In this document: in pieces, positions 38,230 to 52,379 of the stretch
How positions within the stretch are numbered: position 1 is the stretch's first letter
Layout of the letters: each line of letters begins with the position of its first letter
Assembly (NCBI RefSeq): GCF_001194135.2
Contig: NC_068983.1
Span: 34,185,079 to 34,249,078, forward strand
DNA length: 64,000 nucleotides
Reading direction: 5' to 3'
From: Octopus bimaculoides
Taxonomy: Eukaryota
The notes under the pieces: generated by a model
The model's input: only the letters and a program-made list of their open reading frames with translations
Databases searched by the model: none
Told to the model about the DNA's origin: nothing
Position numbers and translations under genes: made by a program

Positions 38230-38700
38230 TTTCTTGTTTTTTACTCTACGGGTATTCTTCATTTACCGAAATTTCTTTCGAAACACGTTCGCATCCGACA
38301 AGGAGATGGCGCAAACAAAAGTTCTTGAATTTTGTTCCATACAGCATCTGCCCTGTTGAGCCTCCACCGGGGTCTATTTTTACTGGAATATTCCATTAAT
38401 ATTCTTTATTTATAATGATGCGAAGGCATTCTATTTCCGGTGTGCCTTTGCTGCGACCGTCTAGATAAAAGTTCAAGCGCATAGCATTTTAGGAGGTATT
38501 AGGAACACTGTCGTGTCTCGGGAGTTAGTAAGCAGATGCTCAAAAATACCTTGCACCTATTTCTGTAATCTGCTGATCTCATGAGCGATAGTTTCGACAG
38601 TTTTCCATAATTAACGTTTTGTCACAACGTGGTTGTGCTCGTTGTTTATGTTTCAGATCACCCTTCAAAACTGCGTCTAGATCATCTTTGGGCGGAGCTT
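38230..38700 (-). mobile_element. Possible decayed RTE-like RT fragment
   Basis: LKGDL...ENCRNYR and GRSKGTPEIECLRIII resemble KGDL..NYR and GRST..QI..LR.IIE; very degenerate. Confidence 0.35.
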
Positions 38701-41089
38701 TTACGGCCTGATTGTATGCTTATAGGCTTAGTGCAAATGTACAATTGATGACCTTACATAGACGGAATCTTTTATGTGATCGAAAGATTTCACTTACTAC
38801 TCGCATTTCGGGTTTAATTGTAATTAGCTTGCCTCCTGGTGTATGTGTGTGACTTGTGGACAGTCTCGGTAGTTCTTGCATAATGTATTATAAAATAGCT
38901 ACTGTTGGTCTGTCAATTTATCAATCAAATTGCAAGTAATTATGGTGTCTAATTGTCCAATACTATATTCTGCCGTTATTTTCCCAGTGAGAGAGGTGAT
39001 TCATTTTAGATTATTTTTTCTATATCTTGTTCCGATCAATTTCTTAATTATTATATGTTGGCGAATGGTACTTACAGCACATTAATCAATCTCCACAAGT
39101 AGACATCGGTGTAGCTTCTTTCGGGCCGATGTATTCTCATGGTCTTGTCAGGAGAAGAGTTCATTACATTTTTAAATTCATATTTTAACGTGCGATGCTT
39201 GCTGTTCGGTAGCTATAACACTAATTACATCTTCCCTGCCAAGCCGGCTTTTTATTATAACCGTTTAGCACTTAAGAGCTTTAAAATACGTGTATTTTAA
39301 AGCTTAGTCAAATTGAACTCTTTCCATCGAAGCCTCATTCGTGCCGTTTTATAGGATTGAATGAAACCTTGGTTCATTTCAAAGCTCCACTCAAATTTCT
39401 CTCCATGGTTCAGAGTCCAGTCTCCTGTCAACCCATGAAATAGTAATTAATATTGCTGTTTCAGTTCATTGTTACAGCTTCATTACTGTTATGATGATCT
39501 TTAAAAATATCGTTATTTTTACATTTATCCAAAGGTGACTAATATTTAGAAGGCTTGTAATTATGGCAGAATTCTAGAGATTAGTATTCATTTTAATGGA
39601 AATAAATAGACGCCTTATGCCAGCATGATTGCATTCGCTGCCATATTGCATGTATGTATGATCTCTCCTTTTTTCAATCAGTTCAAATCTTGTAAGGAAG
39701 AAGATAGTTTCTATCAAAGATACAAAGTTCCGTCTTCGGAATGACAATAACAACAACGAATGCATATTTTGAACTTGTGAAACATCTTGCATATTTTTAC
39801 AGTTACACTTAGAGATTGTATTTATAATCTGCGTATTACCTGATTGATTTATTTTTCTGAAAGCCGCAGCTTTTCCAAATTGTCATAAATGGCACAGTGT
39901 AAATGTCAGTTTCTCATCTGAGTGTAAGAGCTGAAGGTCTCCAAGAAATTCTCCTTAGTTATCCTCTTTCTCTTTGATTGGTAGGGCCACTTTATACAGA
40001 TGTATGTTTGTGTGCATGCATGTATCTATTTGTGTACACATGTATGTATATGTCTATATCTATCTATCTATAAACATGTATATATANNNNNNNNNNATAT
40101 ATATATATATATATATATAATGACTGCTAAAAATGAATATTAAGAATGCAAGAATATATTTGATCTTTGAAATATAGAAACTGGGAATCCCATAAGCGAT
40201 GCGTAATCAGCATCTTGCAGAATTTATATCTTCCTTACTGATGCTAGGTTATATTGTGTTGAATATAGAGAAATACAAATAACAATCAATAGAGAAAAAC
40301 AATTTGTTTTAGATCCCCCTGTTATATTAAACAAATATCAAAGGATGAAATATTTGTGATATCTTCTCGGGAAATTGTATATCGTTAATGAGTAGAGGCC
40401 CCAAAAAGATTATAACTGTCATGGTATGAAATATTTCACATAATTCAATATCATTTAAAATTCTGACAGCCATAAGACAAAAAGTTACAGAAAAATAAAG
40501 GTATATACGCCACCCTAACATAAATCTATACTACCAAATATATACATGCACACAAGCAATAGATTTGAATATATTTATATACGCATATAATGATATATGT
40601 GTGTGCGCGTGTATAGACATATATGCCCTTGTCTACGTGTGTTACTGTGTGTTCTCGTTTGAGTGTGTGTTTGTACGTGTATGTTTGCGTGTGTAACTGT
40701 GTGTATAGCATAAGTTTCTGATTTATATGTTATTATTTTCATATTCGCAAATAGAAAATACCCGCTCATCAGTCTGAATGGCAGCTTATGTATTCTTACA
40801 TCGTATTGAAAGCAACTTATCTAACATCATTTGAAAATTCTAATCATCATTTACGGACATTGGAATCTAGTTTCAAATACGAGATTAAACGTTTGGTTAT
40901 CATTCTTATTGATGATGGACGATACGTTACATTGATCAGCGATATTCGTCGATATCAGCTTCTTAACGAATGTAGTTATTGAAGAGAACTACGTGCCTGT
41001 TTGTGAGAGGGCGGGGGCGTATTAACTAATCTTCAATAAAAGACGTGTTTATTTTAGCAGCAATAAGACTGTTACTCTTCTGTCCATAC

Positions 41090-41117
41090 ATTTGTATGTA
41101 TATGTATGCATTATATG

Positions 41118-41155
<38 letters not shown>

Positions 41156-41168
41156 TAAATATATATAC

Positions 41169-41211
<43 letters not shown>

Positions 41212-41382
41212 TACATATATATACATATAAACACCTACATATACATATATAAATATATGTGTATATATAAATGTATACATATATATATATACATATATGT
41301 ATGCATATACATACATATATATACATATATATATACAGATATATAAATACATATATATAAACATATATGTATATATGTCTAT

Positions 41383-41471
<89 letters not shown>

Positions 41472-41540
41472 CATGCATGTGTGTGTGTGTGTATGTGTGT
41501 GTGTGTGTATGCATGTATGTATATGTGTGTGTGTGTCCAT
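41090..41540. repeat. (TA)n/(TG)n-rich low-complexity tract
   Basis: Explains track ORF 41026..41706. Confidence 0.95.
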
Positions 41541-42502
41541 ATAATATATTTATGTTGTTATTTGAGGATCCATTTACATTCTTTATATTATTAATTTGAT
41601 TTGTTTCCACTCTAATCAAATTGTTGTTGCTGAAATATTCAGTTCTTCTAGGATTGTACATTGGTGGCAGAATCAATAATTCTGATATCTCATTTCGATA
41701 CTTCATATAATCATTTCAAATGAAACGTAATCCTACGTCGCCTTTTATCCTTCCATGGGTGATCAAACAAACCAGTCAAATTCTGTGGTCATTTGGTCAA
41801 TTGGATGAAAATTCTGTAACTTCTTTACTTCAGACGTGTTCTAATTTAAGAGACCTTTGCTCAAATGTGTGCCAGCCTTCACTGTCTTTCATGTTCTCAC
41901 ATATATATGTATAAAATTATCGAACTTTAACTGCACTACCTAGCAGGTCGAGTGACCTATGGGTTGTGCTCACACGTAATGTATAAAATATGTACCTGTT
42001 GAGTGTCTCTCATTCTACATATAACCTCTGATAATAGCCACATGATACATGATCTAAGAAATCAATGAGATAAACACGCCTTTACACAGTCGATCAACTT
42101 GGTGCAAATAACAGCCAAATCTAATTTTCCTCAAATATCATTTCAGCCTTTTAATAGAAAAGGTCACATTGCGGACATGAATATTAACAAATTCAGGTTG
42201 TGTGGGTTTTAATCTAGTTTGAAACATTGGTCGTAGATATTTTCAAACAGGATGTATTTGGGGTAAACAGTTTAAACTCCTTGACGTTTGAGTGTATTTG
42301 AGTTTGTCTGCGCCTATTGTTCTATGCATGGGCAGATAAGAGAATGTATACTTGTATGCGAGTGTGTGCGTTAGAAGGAATATGGTGGAAAATCAGACAG
42401 AGAGACAGAGGGATCATGTGTGCGCCTTTATGAATTAACAGCGTTCAAAAAGTATCCCTGCTATTAGGTTGAAGAATGGCTGGAGATGGTCAAGAAATTT
42501 AC

Positions 42503-42533
42503 TTCGCAGCTACATGATTTCTAAACCAGTCTC
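42503..42533 (-). CDS. Candidate coding micro-exon (31 nt, phase 1 to 2): (G)DWFRNHVAA
   Basis: Very strong acceptor ggcttttgttttttttctccaag, donor GAA|gtaaat. Only this frame is open, and it links exon 56135-56159 to exon 28984-29106. Confidence 0.6.
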
Positions 42534-42754
42534 CTTGGAGAAAAAAAACAAAAAGCCATTAGACACGTACTTTCGCGTTGGAAGGATGTGCCTAAAAGCC
42601 ATCTGCATTTTCCTAATGTATCCAGTGTAGCTAGGCATTCCATAAAACCAGCGTCGACATCATTGGTCTTTGTTTAGTAACGAACGTGGTCACAGCATAA
42701 GCCATCGTTCAATCAAAACAGCTTTCAACATAAGACTATTGCCATGGCAATATT

Positions 42755-42829
42755 TATTGTTTAGATGGAAGTAGCTTCATATTGTTTAGATGGAAGTAGC
42801 TTCATATTGTTTAGATGGAAGTAGCTTCA
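42755..42829. repeat. Three perfect tandem copies of a 25-bp unit (tattgtttagatggaagtagcttca)
   Basis: Directly visible; no spacers. Confidence 0.95.
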
Positions 42830-43974
42830 TATAATCTACCTAGAGCATTTTTGAAGGCTCATTTCCTTGATAAATCATGTTGCTCTACATAAATGTTGGA
42901 CTCGGTGGTAAATGAAAGCATGATGCGTGTTAGTATTCGGGAAAAGACTGTAGACGATTGATCAATCCTCAAGAAATAAAAGACAACTCCTTTTCATATC
43001 GCTTACTCGCGTTTTATAGAAATGAAGACTAAATTCATTTATGAAATTCTAGAAATGCTAGATGCACTACCCATTTCTTTAGAGCCTCTGTCAACGACAG
43101 TTTGCCATGTATTTGAACGTGCACACATAGGCTTGGGCAACATTTATTGCAGAAACTGGTACTTATCTATGTATGCAAGTCTCCCCTTCCTCCGTTACTA
43201 ATGTCTTCCAAGTAAACGGCGGTTGCATTTATGTAGATTCAAATTGGTACCAGGGTTCACAGGGGTGCAAAGTGCCGGAATAGATTCAACAAGGCCTTTC
43301 GTGTGATGCTCTAACAATCCCACCAATCAACCGTTCAGGAGTGTTACTTTCTTTCCCGACCCTGAAATCATAAAAATTAAAAAAACTGATATCGGTAGAC
43401 TTTGAAAGTAGAGGATCGAGACAAGCACAACAAAGTATTTTAAGCAACACTCTAATCACTGAAATTCTCCACCTTTTTATACACACTATGATTGAAAGAA
43501 AGAACAATAAAGAGAATTCGGTGTTGGGTTGGAATGCATTTCGTAATAAGTCTGCACGATGCGAGATGACTTGAGGCTACAAACAACATCAATAACTTCA
43601 ATATCATTTCGTATTACTTTCATCAGTGTATTAGTGTATATCTATCGTTAGTTTAATTCAAACCCCGAGTGGAATTCTCACATTCACTATTATAAATGAA
43701 GGTTCAGTAAAATCAATATATTTAAATATCAGTTGTTGCCTTTGTTGTTGTTGTTTAACCCAAGGTTTCTTCAGATCCATGAGAAGTATGGTGTAGCTGT
43801 GTTGATGCCATCAAGTCTTCTAGTCTGATACGCTCAATCCTTCGTCGGTTTAGACGATGAGCATTGACTTGTTCTCTCAACAGTGTTATCTCTTCTGACT
43901 GAGCTATCTCACAGATATAGAGTAGTTTTTGTTTCCCTATAGGTGTTGTGGTGGCGAGTGAGCACCACCAGTCA

Positions 43975-44220
43975 AGGTGCGTTGCTCAGTAGTTAGGGTG
44001 TCACACTTAAATTTGTGGTTTCAGTTCCCGTACAGGGTAGTGCATTGGGATCTTGTACAAAACACTCGACGTTGCACCAATAAACCCACCTGTGAGTTCC
44101 AGCAATAAGGTGAATGTTTCCACTGCAACTTTCTGTTGAAGGGCTGTGATGTAATCTTAGTTATTTATAAATCATGAAAACCTTGTTGAGTTCTGGCCTT
44201 ATGAGAACTAGGGCTTCCGA
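43975..44220 (+). mobile_element. Old family C-like SINE
   Basis: gttgctcagtagttagggtg...tttcagttcccgtac...atcttgtacaaaacactc; highly diverged. Confidence 0.45.
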
Positions 44221-44649
44221 GAGACCTAATTCCTAACAGTAATATAACAAATTGAAAAACTACGATAAAGTTGATCAACCATATTGTTAGTAGATTAAAT
44301 TCCCTATAGAGATGTTAAATACATAACAAAATGTAAACAGCATTTCCGCTCAGTTTCTGGTTTAATAAGCGTGTGTAGTCAAGCCGCATTCAATAAATGT
44401 GATAGGGTATTGGTATAAAATACAAGGCTTTTGATTTATGTCATTGTAAGCTAGAGTTTCTCGTTCTAAACGGTTTTTCAAATGATAAAAATATTTTTTT
44501 ACAGTCACTTGGAATATCTATTTGAAGGTGGTTAATTTCATACTCCTATTCCTCTCTCCCTCTCTCTTTATCTCTGTTGTTACAATTTCCTTCCTGCGCT
44601 CACTCACAATTTCAAATATGGCTATGCTCGACGGTGAGATATATGTTGG

Positions 44650-44723
44650 TATCAGAACACAAAGACAGACAGTATTCCGCTAAGCATTTTGCCCGGCGTG
44701 CTAATGTTTCCGCCAGCTCGCCA
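44650..44723 (-). mobile_element. Family A SINE head fragment
   Basis: ccgctaagcattttgcccggcgtgctaatgtttccgccagctcgcc. Confidence 0.85.
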
Positions 44724-44822
44724 CATTATATGACAAATAAACTACTTGAAAAGCCGATAAGTTCATGCTCATTATACAAATATTGATGGTATTTTTTAAT
44801 TATATAACTAACAAATTAGTTA

Positions 44823-45221
44823 TAGGCGTAGGAGTGGCTGTGTGGTAAGTGGCTTGCTTACCAGCCTCAAGGTTCCGGGTTCGATCCCACTGCGTGACAC
44901 ATTGGGCAAGTATCTTCTACTATAGCCTCGGGCCGACCAAAGCCTTGTGAGAGGATTTGGTAGAGGGAAACTGAAAGAAGCCCGTCGTATATATGTATAT
45001 GTATGTGTTTCTTTGTGTATCTGTGTTTGCCCCCCCCCCCAACATCGCTTGACAACCGATGCTGGTGTGTTTATCTCCCCGTAACTTATCGGTTCGGCAA
45101 AAATATACCGATAGAATACGTACTAGGCTTACAAAGAATAAGTCCTGGGGTCGATTTGCTCGACTGAGGGCGGTGCTCCAGCATGGCCACAGTCAAATTA
45201 CTAAAACAAGTAAAAGAGTAG
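44823..45221 (+). mobile_element. Full-length tRNA-headed family B SINE
   Basis: Head ggcgtaggagtggctgtgtggtaag, B-box ggttcgatccc, centre ttgggcaagtatcttctactatagcctcgggccgacc, internal TA/TG tract, tail ggcggtgctccagcatggcc...aaacaagtaaaagag. Confidence 0.92.
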
Positions 45222-45469
45222 ATTAAATCATTTATAATCGATAAAATAGCAGTAAACATTAAAGTATCCGTATAGCTAGTGAATTATTAGGTTATTTCAG
45301 GCTTTAAAACTGTAGTAAGATAAAAAATTAATACTTGATAAATAAAAAGAGAGAAAATGAATGTAATAAATGAGATAAGGAAAAATTGATACACAATTAG
45401 AATTACGCCAAAATTTTATTAAATTATCAAAAAAGCAAATGCATTCCTGCACACACACAAACACACCAG

Positions 45470-45537
45470 ATTGTGTACATATATGTGTGTGTGTATACAT
45501 ATGTATACATTAAATATGCATATATGTATATATATGT

Positions 45538-45634
<97 letters not shown>

Positions 45635-46301
45635 TTTATATATGCATACATATATGTATATATATGCATATATATATGTATATATATGTATACACATGTA
45701 TATATGTGTATATATATGTATATGTATATTATATATATACATANNNNNNNNNNNNNNNNNNNNNNNNNNNNNNNNNNNNNNNNNNNNNNNNNNNNNNNNN
45801 NNNNNNNNNNNNNNNNNNNNNNNNNNNNNNNNNNNNNNNNNNNNNNNNNNNNNNNNNNNNNNNNNNNNNNNNNNNNNNNNNNNNNNNNNNNNNNNNNNNN
45901 NNNNNNNNNNNNNNNNNNNNNNNNNNNNNNNNNNNNNNNNNNNNNNNNNNNNNNNNNNNNNNNNNNNNNNNNNNNNNNNNNNNNNNNNNNNNNNNNNNNN
46001 NNNNNNNNNNNNNNNNNNNNNNNNNNNNNNNNNNNNNNNNNNNNNNNNNNNNNNNNNNNNNNNNNNNNNNNNNNNNNNNNNNNNNNNNNNNNNNNNNNNN
46101 NNNNNNNNNNNNNNNNNNNNNNNNNNNNNNNNNNNNNNNNNNNNNNNNNNNNNNNNNNNNNNNNNNNNNNNNNNNNNNNNNNNNNNNNNNNNNNNNNNNN
46201 NNNNNNNNNNNNNNNNNNNNNNNNNNNNNNNNNNNTACATATATCTACATATATACATATATACATGAACACACACAAATATATATATAAATGTATGTGC
46301 A

Positions 46302-46344
<43 letters not shown>

Positions 46345-46370
46345 GCGTGAGTGTATGTATATGCATGTAC
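45470..46370. repeat. (TA)/(TG)/(GA) microsatellite cluster around N-gap 45744-46235
   Basis: Directly visible. Confidence 0.9.
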
Positions 46371-46897
46371 GTACATGTCTTCCGAAGAATAAATGACAGC
46401 ATTATGAACATCATCGTTGTTATTAATCAGTCTCTACGTAGGGAAGAAAAAATATGTCTATCAACGTTGTAGCTTAATTGTAAATGCTTAAACTAAATTT
46501 ATGCGTATAATGAAATATAATGAAAAAGAATATCCGAATGCCAAAAAGTATCGTATTAAAAAAAAAAAAATGAGGAAGGTGTTTTACAGAATACATTACA
46601 TTTAAATGATTGTGGGTAAGTCTTGGAATTTTGAAAATATCCAACTGAACAATCATATCAAAAAGACAAAAATACTAGCAGGAATGAAACTGTTCCCCGT
46701 CAAATTTTTAGGAATAATTAAAAATATTTTAACGTAAGAAATGGGATAAGTATAATTAAATAGTAAAAGCAATAAGATGTACTATACAGTTTATTCATAC
46801 ACTCAGAAAACAAATAGCCACTAGGATCTTTGCTAGTGTCGTAGTTCATATATATGTGTGTATGTGTGTGTATGTGTGTGTTTGCATGTGTGTGTGT

Positions 46898-47276
46898 ATT
46901 CTTTTATTATTTTATTTGTTTCAGTCATTTGACTGCGGCCGTGCTGGAGCACCATCTTTAAGTGGAGCAAATCGACCCCAGGACTTATTCCTTGTAAGCC
47001 TAGTACTTATTTTATCGGTCTCTTTTGCCAAACCATTAAGCTACGGGGACATAAACCACACCAGCATCGGTTGTCAAGCGATGGTGGGACACAAAGACAG
47101 ACAAACAAACACACATACACACAAACCTATATACTTACATATATACGACGGGCTTCTTTCAATTTCCGTCTACCGAATCCTCTCACAAGGCTTTGGGCCG
47201 GCCCGAGGCTATAGTAGAATACACTTGCCCTAGGTGCTACGCAGTGGGACTGAACCCGGAACCATGTGGTTGGTAA
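46898..47276 (-). mobile_element. Near full-length family B SINE, inverted relative to 44823-45221; head runs into a gap
   Basis: Reverse complement of the family B body (gactgcggccgtgctggagcacc...ggcccgaggctatagtagaatacacttgccc). Confidence 0.92.
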
Positions 47277-48123
47277 NNNNNNNNNNNNNNNNNNNNNNNN
47301 NNNNNNNNNNNNNNNNNNNNNNNNNNNNNNNNNNNNNNNNNNNNNNNNNNNNNNNNNNNNNNNNNNNNNNNNNNNNNNNNNNNNNNNNNNNNNNNNNNNN
47401 NNNNNNNNNNNNNNNNNNNNNNNNNNNNNNNNNNNNNNNNNNNNNNNNNNNNNNNNNNNNNNNNNNNNNNNNNNNNNNNNNNNNNNNNNNNNNNNNNNNN
47501 NNNNNNNNNNNNNNNNNNNNNNNNNNNNNNNNNNNNNNNNNNNNNNNNNNNNNNNNNNNNNNNNNNNNNNNNNNNNNNNNNNNNNNNNNNNNNNNNNNNN
47601 NNNNNNNNNNNNNNNNNNNNNNNNNNNNNNNNNNNNNNNNNNNNNNNNNNNNNNNNNNNNNNNNNNNNNNNNNNNNNNNNNNNNNNNNNNNNNNNNNNNN
47701 NNNNNNNNNNNNNNNNNNNNNNNNNNNNNNNNNNNNNNNNNNNNNNNNNNNNNNNNNNNNNNNNNNNNNNNNNNNNNNNNNNNNNNNNNNNNNNNNNNNN
47801 NNNNNNNNNNNNNNNNNNNNNNNNNNNNNNNNNNNNNNNNNNNNNNNNNNNNNNNNNNNNNNNNNNNNNNNNNNNNNNNNNNNNNNNNNNNNNNNNNNNN
47901 NNNNNNNNNNNNNNNNNNNNNNNNNNNNNNNNNNNNNNNNNNNNNNNNNNNNNNNNNNNNNNNNNNNNNNNNNNNNNNNNNNNNNNNNNNNNNNNNNNNN
48001 NNNNNNNNNNNNNNNNNNNNNNNNNNNNNNNNNNNNNNNNNNNNNNNNNNNNNNNNNNNNNNNNNNNNNNNNNNNNNNNNNNNNNNNNNNNNNNNNNNNN
48101 NNNNNNNNNNNNNNNNNNNNNNN

Positions 48124-48155
<32 letters not shown>

Positions 48156-48364
48156 GTGTGTGTGTGTTTTTGTGTGTTTGTTTGTGTGCGTGTGTGTGTG
48201 TGTGTAAATGTATACTATTCTACGTGACACAGCTGCACAGAAGCTTATCCTTTGCCGTAGGGAAATAGAGAACACAAAGTTCACTGACATAGAGACCGGT
48301 GGTCGGGTTGACTTCTACGTAAGTCACGTTCTAGCACGATATGACGATAAATAAGTATGTAGAT

Positions 48365-48482
48365 CGATGAAATAAATACCAGTTGAGCACTGGTGTCGAT
48401 GTAATTGATTCACGCACTTCCCTTGATGGTGTTGTACCTGAATGTGAAACTATCATTGTTATTATTATCATTGTTATTATTA

Positions 48483-48544
<62 letters not shown>

Positions 48545-48560
48545 TTTATTTTTATTATTA
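48365..48560 (+). mobile_element. 3' fragment of family A-like SINE followed by (ATT)n
   Basis: aaataccagttgagcactggtgtcgatgtaattga, then ATT tract 48455-48560. Confidence 0.6.
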
Positions 48561-49304
48561 TTTGGATGAAGTTTACATATAATAGTTGCTGGAGAGTGAG
48601 AATGAAAAGAAAACTAACAAGAAATCAAGAACAAATATAAGTTCAGTATCCAAAAACAATAACGTTATTGATTGCATCAATACAGGCGACGCCGAAACAG
48701 ACAATGATGGCTATGACGATGACGGCGGCCATCATGACCAACACGACAACTTACAACAATTTAATAACAGGAACAGGTTCTCTGTTATAACTGGCCACAT
48801 TTTAACAATTCCAACAGCATGCTATTTTTTTTATATGTCACTCAGTTTCGCAGTATCCAATCTATTTATAAATTAATCAATCAGCCTTATCAATAACTTG
48901 ATCTCACAAACATTAACCGAACGTTCTCGTCATTCAGCTAACCACAAGCCAAGTCTTACCACGTACAACGTTTCGATTAAAAGTTTCTCTCTCTCTCTCT
49001 CTTTCTCTTTTTCCCTCCTTCTCGCCCCCTTTCTCCTTAACCAAGTAGTTCCGGTTTCTCTCCCACTGCGTCGCTTACAAGGGACGTGTAATCTATCAGA
49101 GACTCGGTTTATGATAGTTACGTCTTTATCTTTACACTCAAACGCACATGTACATACGCGAGGGCACACACACATGAGAGCGCACACACATATATATGTA
49201 TACATATGTACACACCAACGCGTGCTCGCGCACTCACACAATCAAAGAAATGAAGGTTGAAAATGCACAGAGAATACACGAAGATTTATTTAAATACTAA
49301 TATG

Positions 49305-49337
<33 letters not shown>

Positions 49338-49443
49338 GCACTCCCTCTCTCTCTCTCTCTCTCTCTCTNNNNNNNNNNNNNNNNNNNNNNNNNNNNNNNN
49401 NNNNNNNNNNNNNNNNNNNNNNNNNNNNNNNNNNNNNNNNNNN

Positions 49444-49482
<39 letters not shown>

Positions 49483-51327
49483 TATATACAAAAGAAAATG
49501 AGAAAAGCATAGGCATAACTTGGTAATCCTTTATTTCAATGGTTACATATGTGTCAGTATCCAACAACAAATTACATCACACCACAGATGTACACAGTAG
49601 ACGCAGCTTATAGACCAAACATAGAACAAACAAATCATCGGGCGATCGATAAAGAAATACAGGTCAAGGGCCAGTAACAACCAAATTAATGCACACTGGA
49701 GAGACACGCCAGTGAGAAAAGGGGATGGAGGAGGTTGATAGGTAAGTCGACCGACATAATTGCAAAGTGGACTGGTGTTTGTCGGAGTGAGTTTGATTTT
49801 GGGGTAAGAAAGTGCTCTTCTGCTGGTTTTACTTAACCATGTAATATTTCAGTCCACCTTTTCGGACTCGTTGATTTCCACATTCTCTGCAAGTAGAGAC
49901 CTTGTATGAAGCTAGGTTGATAGTGTCCTTGTGCCAGAGGCTTCTCTGTTGGTTTCAAAGTCTTGCCTTACTTAGAGAGATACGCAAACACTCATTACTT
50001 GGTAAAGATTGAGCTTTGTACCTTTGTACGAACATAATCAGGCAAATACATATGCATACATATGCGCAAATGCGCAAGCGAATACACACGTATATTAAAA
50101 ATGGATAAAGAAATACTCATTACAGCTGGCATTAATCATAATGTTGAAACAGGTGTCAACAATCTTTCGTCTCTGGGATTGGTAGCTTTCTACCACATTA
50201 CAATACCACGACGTATATTAATAAATTACGTTCTCTCAAATCTGCCGTGCCGGCAAATTCAATTTTGTCGTCGATTCTCTTCTTTGTAAACATAAATGAC
50301 CTACTTTCAGCTTCATCCAACCACTCTCTCTCGCATCGAAATGTCACTGTACTTCACTCTTGCTCAACATTCACCAAACAAGTGTAATCTACGTGCAGCG
50401 TTGCCACTCCAAGAATATTGATTCCATGATTAGTGATGCAGAAGCCTTGCACCATCGGTTAAATTGCCAATGATGCCTCTTTCTGCAGCAAGAAAACACA
50501 GACGCTTCTCATATCAAGAAATCACCGACCCACATGAGCAGCACATTGTTAGAACATTCAAAATCACTGTAATTTGAGGATTTCAGCAATACTATGTAAC
50601 TTTTCTGCTGAACTTACATGCTTAAAACCGCATTCCACCGACTAGCACTTTTCTTCAACAAAATTTAGAAGGACTGCAAAAATATGTTGAGACTCACTGG
50701 GTCGGTGCCACTGATGCATACACATCTAAATCGACATTCAGAAAGGGGCCATCCAACCGATTAGTATAACGTCCTTAACATAAATTTTCTTTCCTTTAGC
50801 TCATGGGCCAGTGGTATCATTGCAAATGAACAATGATTGTCTCTGCTCCTGAAAGCCGGCTCAACTGATGCACCAATAACTCTTACGTATGTCCCTTCTT
50901 GCCATCACACCTGTTATATCCAACCTCCCAGACGCCACACAAATCACTACGCCAAATCATTCTCCCCAGAACAGGCTTCTGGAATTTTCTCCTTGGTGTT
51001 GACTATAAAAAAAAAATTAAGAACATTAATACCATCAATCTCACAAACTTGAACCTGATTAGTTCATGCAGACTGTCTCTTCCTCCTATACCAACAACTA
51101 GAAGAAAATTTAGTGCTAATTTCATTCGCGGATTTATTAACATCCCATGGCAAGTTATACTGAATTCTCTTCCGACGTTACACTCCGGTTGAATTGACAT
51201 ACAGATCGTAGACAAAGTGTAGAGATTATACATAGCTCACACACATACACACACACACACACGTGTGTGTATATATATATATATATGTGTGTGTCTGTGT
51301 GTATGTGTATATATATTTATACATGTA

Positions 51328-51805
51328 CAGGGTGTCCTAAAAGGCACTGATGGGTTTCAACTTTTAATAACTTTGCGCCCGGCCATTCAAAGTAGACCTC
51401 GGAGAGAGAATAATCTCCCACTACGGCAATGTCAAGTGGCCTTCACGTTCCCCAGACTTGACAAGCTCGGAATTTTCCTGATAGAGAGGGATTACGTCAA
51501 GAATCCAGAGACCCTGTTGCAACTGAAGGAGATCATGAATACAGAAATCAGAGAAGTGGGATCTGAATCTCTTGAGGGTGTTATGGTGCAATCTTTGGAA
51601 AGTGCACGGACGGGCGAAGCCGAAAATGGGTACTATTTAAGCGATGTTATTTTTCATATGTGATGTAGTGGTTGTTGAACAATTTGACTAGAGCATATTA
51701 ATTCCCATTATCTCCTTTTTTTGTATAAAAAATTCATGCATTTATTTGCAAAGTTAAGAAAGTTATTAAATGTTGAAACCCATCAGTCACATTTGGGACA
51801 ACTTC
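51328..51805 (+). mobile_element. Internally deleted Tc1/mariner element (rosa/DD41D-like C-terminus)
   Basis: TIR core ctgatgggtttcaac at both ends in inverted orientation; TA|CAGGGTG left end; remnants RSPDL and P.TLLQLKEIMNTEIREV...LEGVM...G..LSDVIF. Confidence 0.8.
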
Positions 51806-51807
51806 TT

Positions 51808-51892
<85 letters not shown>

Positions 51893-51903
51893 GTGTGTGT
51901 GTT

Positions 51904-51935
<32 letters not shown>

Positions 51936-52015
51936 CGCGCGCGCGCGTGTATGTATGAAAAAATATATATATGTAAACGTGTGTGTTCGTGCGTGTTCGT
52001 GTGTGCACACAGGCA
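51790..52015. repeat. (TG)/(TA)/(GC) compound microsatellite
   Basis: Directly visible. Confidence 0.9.
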
Positions 52016-52379
52016 CACCCGTGCACAGAGAGGAGCAGAGAGTGACTTTAATGGAACCCTTTAAAGACTCACAGTGCAAATATTCGTTCAATGTAAATAT
52101 CCATCATTTTTTTTATATGTATTTAATACTAAGTGAATTTACTATCTCCAGCAAATTCATATATCTATCAATCCATTATTTTTCTATCCTACCATTTATC
52201 AAGAGCTTCTTCAATCTATTTATGTGCCTGCATGTGCTATTAATTTTGTCAGTTCTTTGAATCCAGTCGATTCATCCATACTGAATATTTTATCTTTCTC
52301 CGGAGTACGACATCTAACTTTTCCATCCATCATACATTTTCAGCCTTGAAAGTATGTTATATCTCCAAGTACACGATCC

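Noticed and set aside
42755-42829. Direct repeats superficially like a CRISPR array
   Set aside because: Units are contiguous with no spacers, there are no cas genes, and the context is eukaryotic.
44823-44900. tRNA-like A/B-box sequences in SINE heads
   Set aside because: They run straight into SINE bodies and no complete cloverleaf was evident; not tRNA genes.
50780-50900. Minus-strand EGTYVRVIG...FAMIPL, resembling the RPA2 OB-fold
   Set aside because: In-frame stops immediately upstream and multiple frameshifts needed; likely chance.
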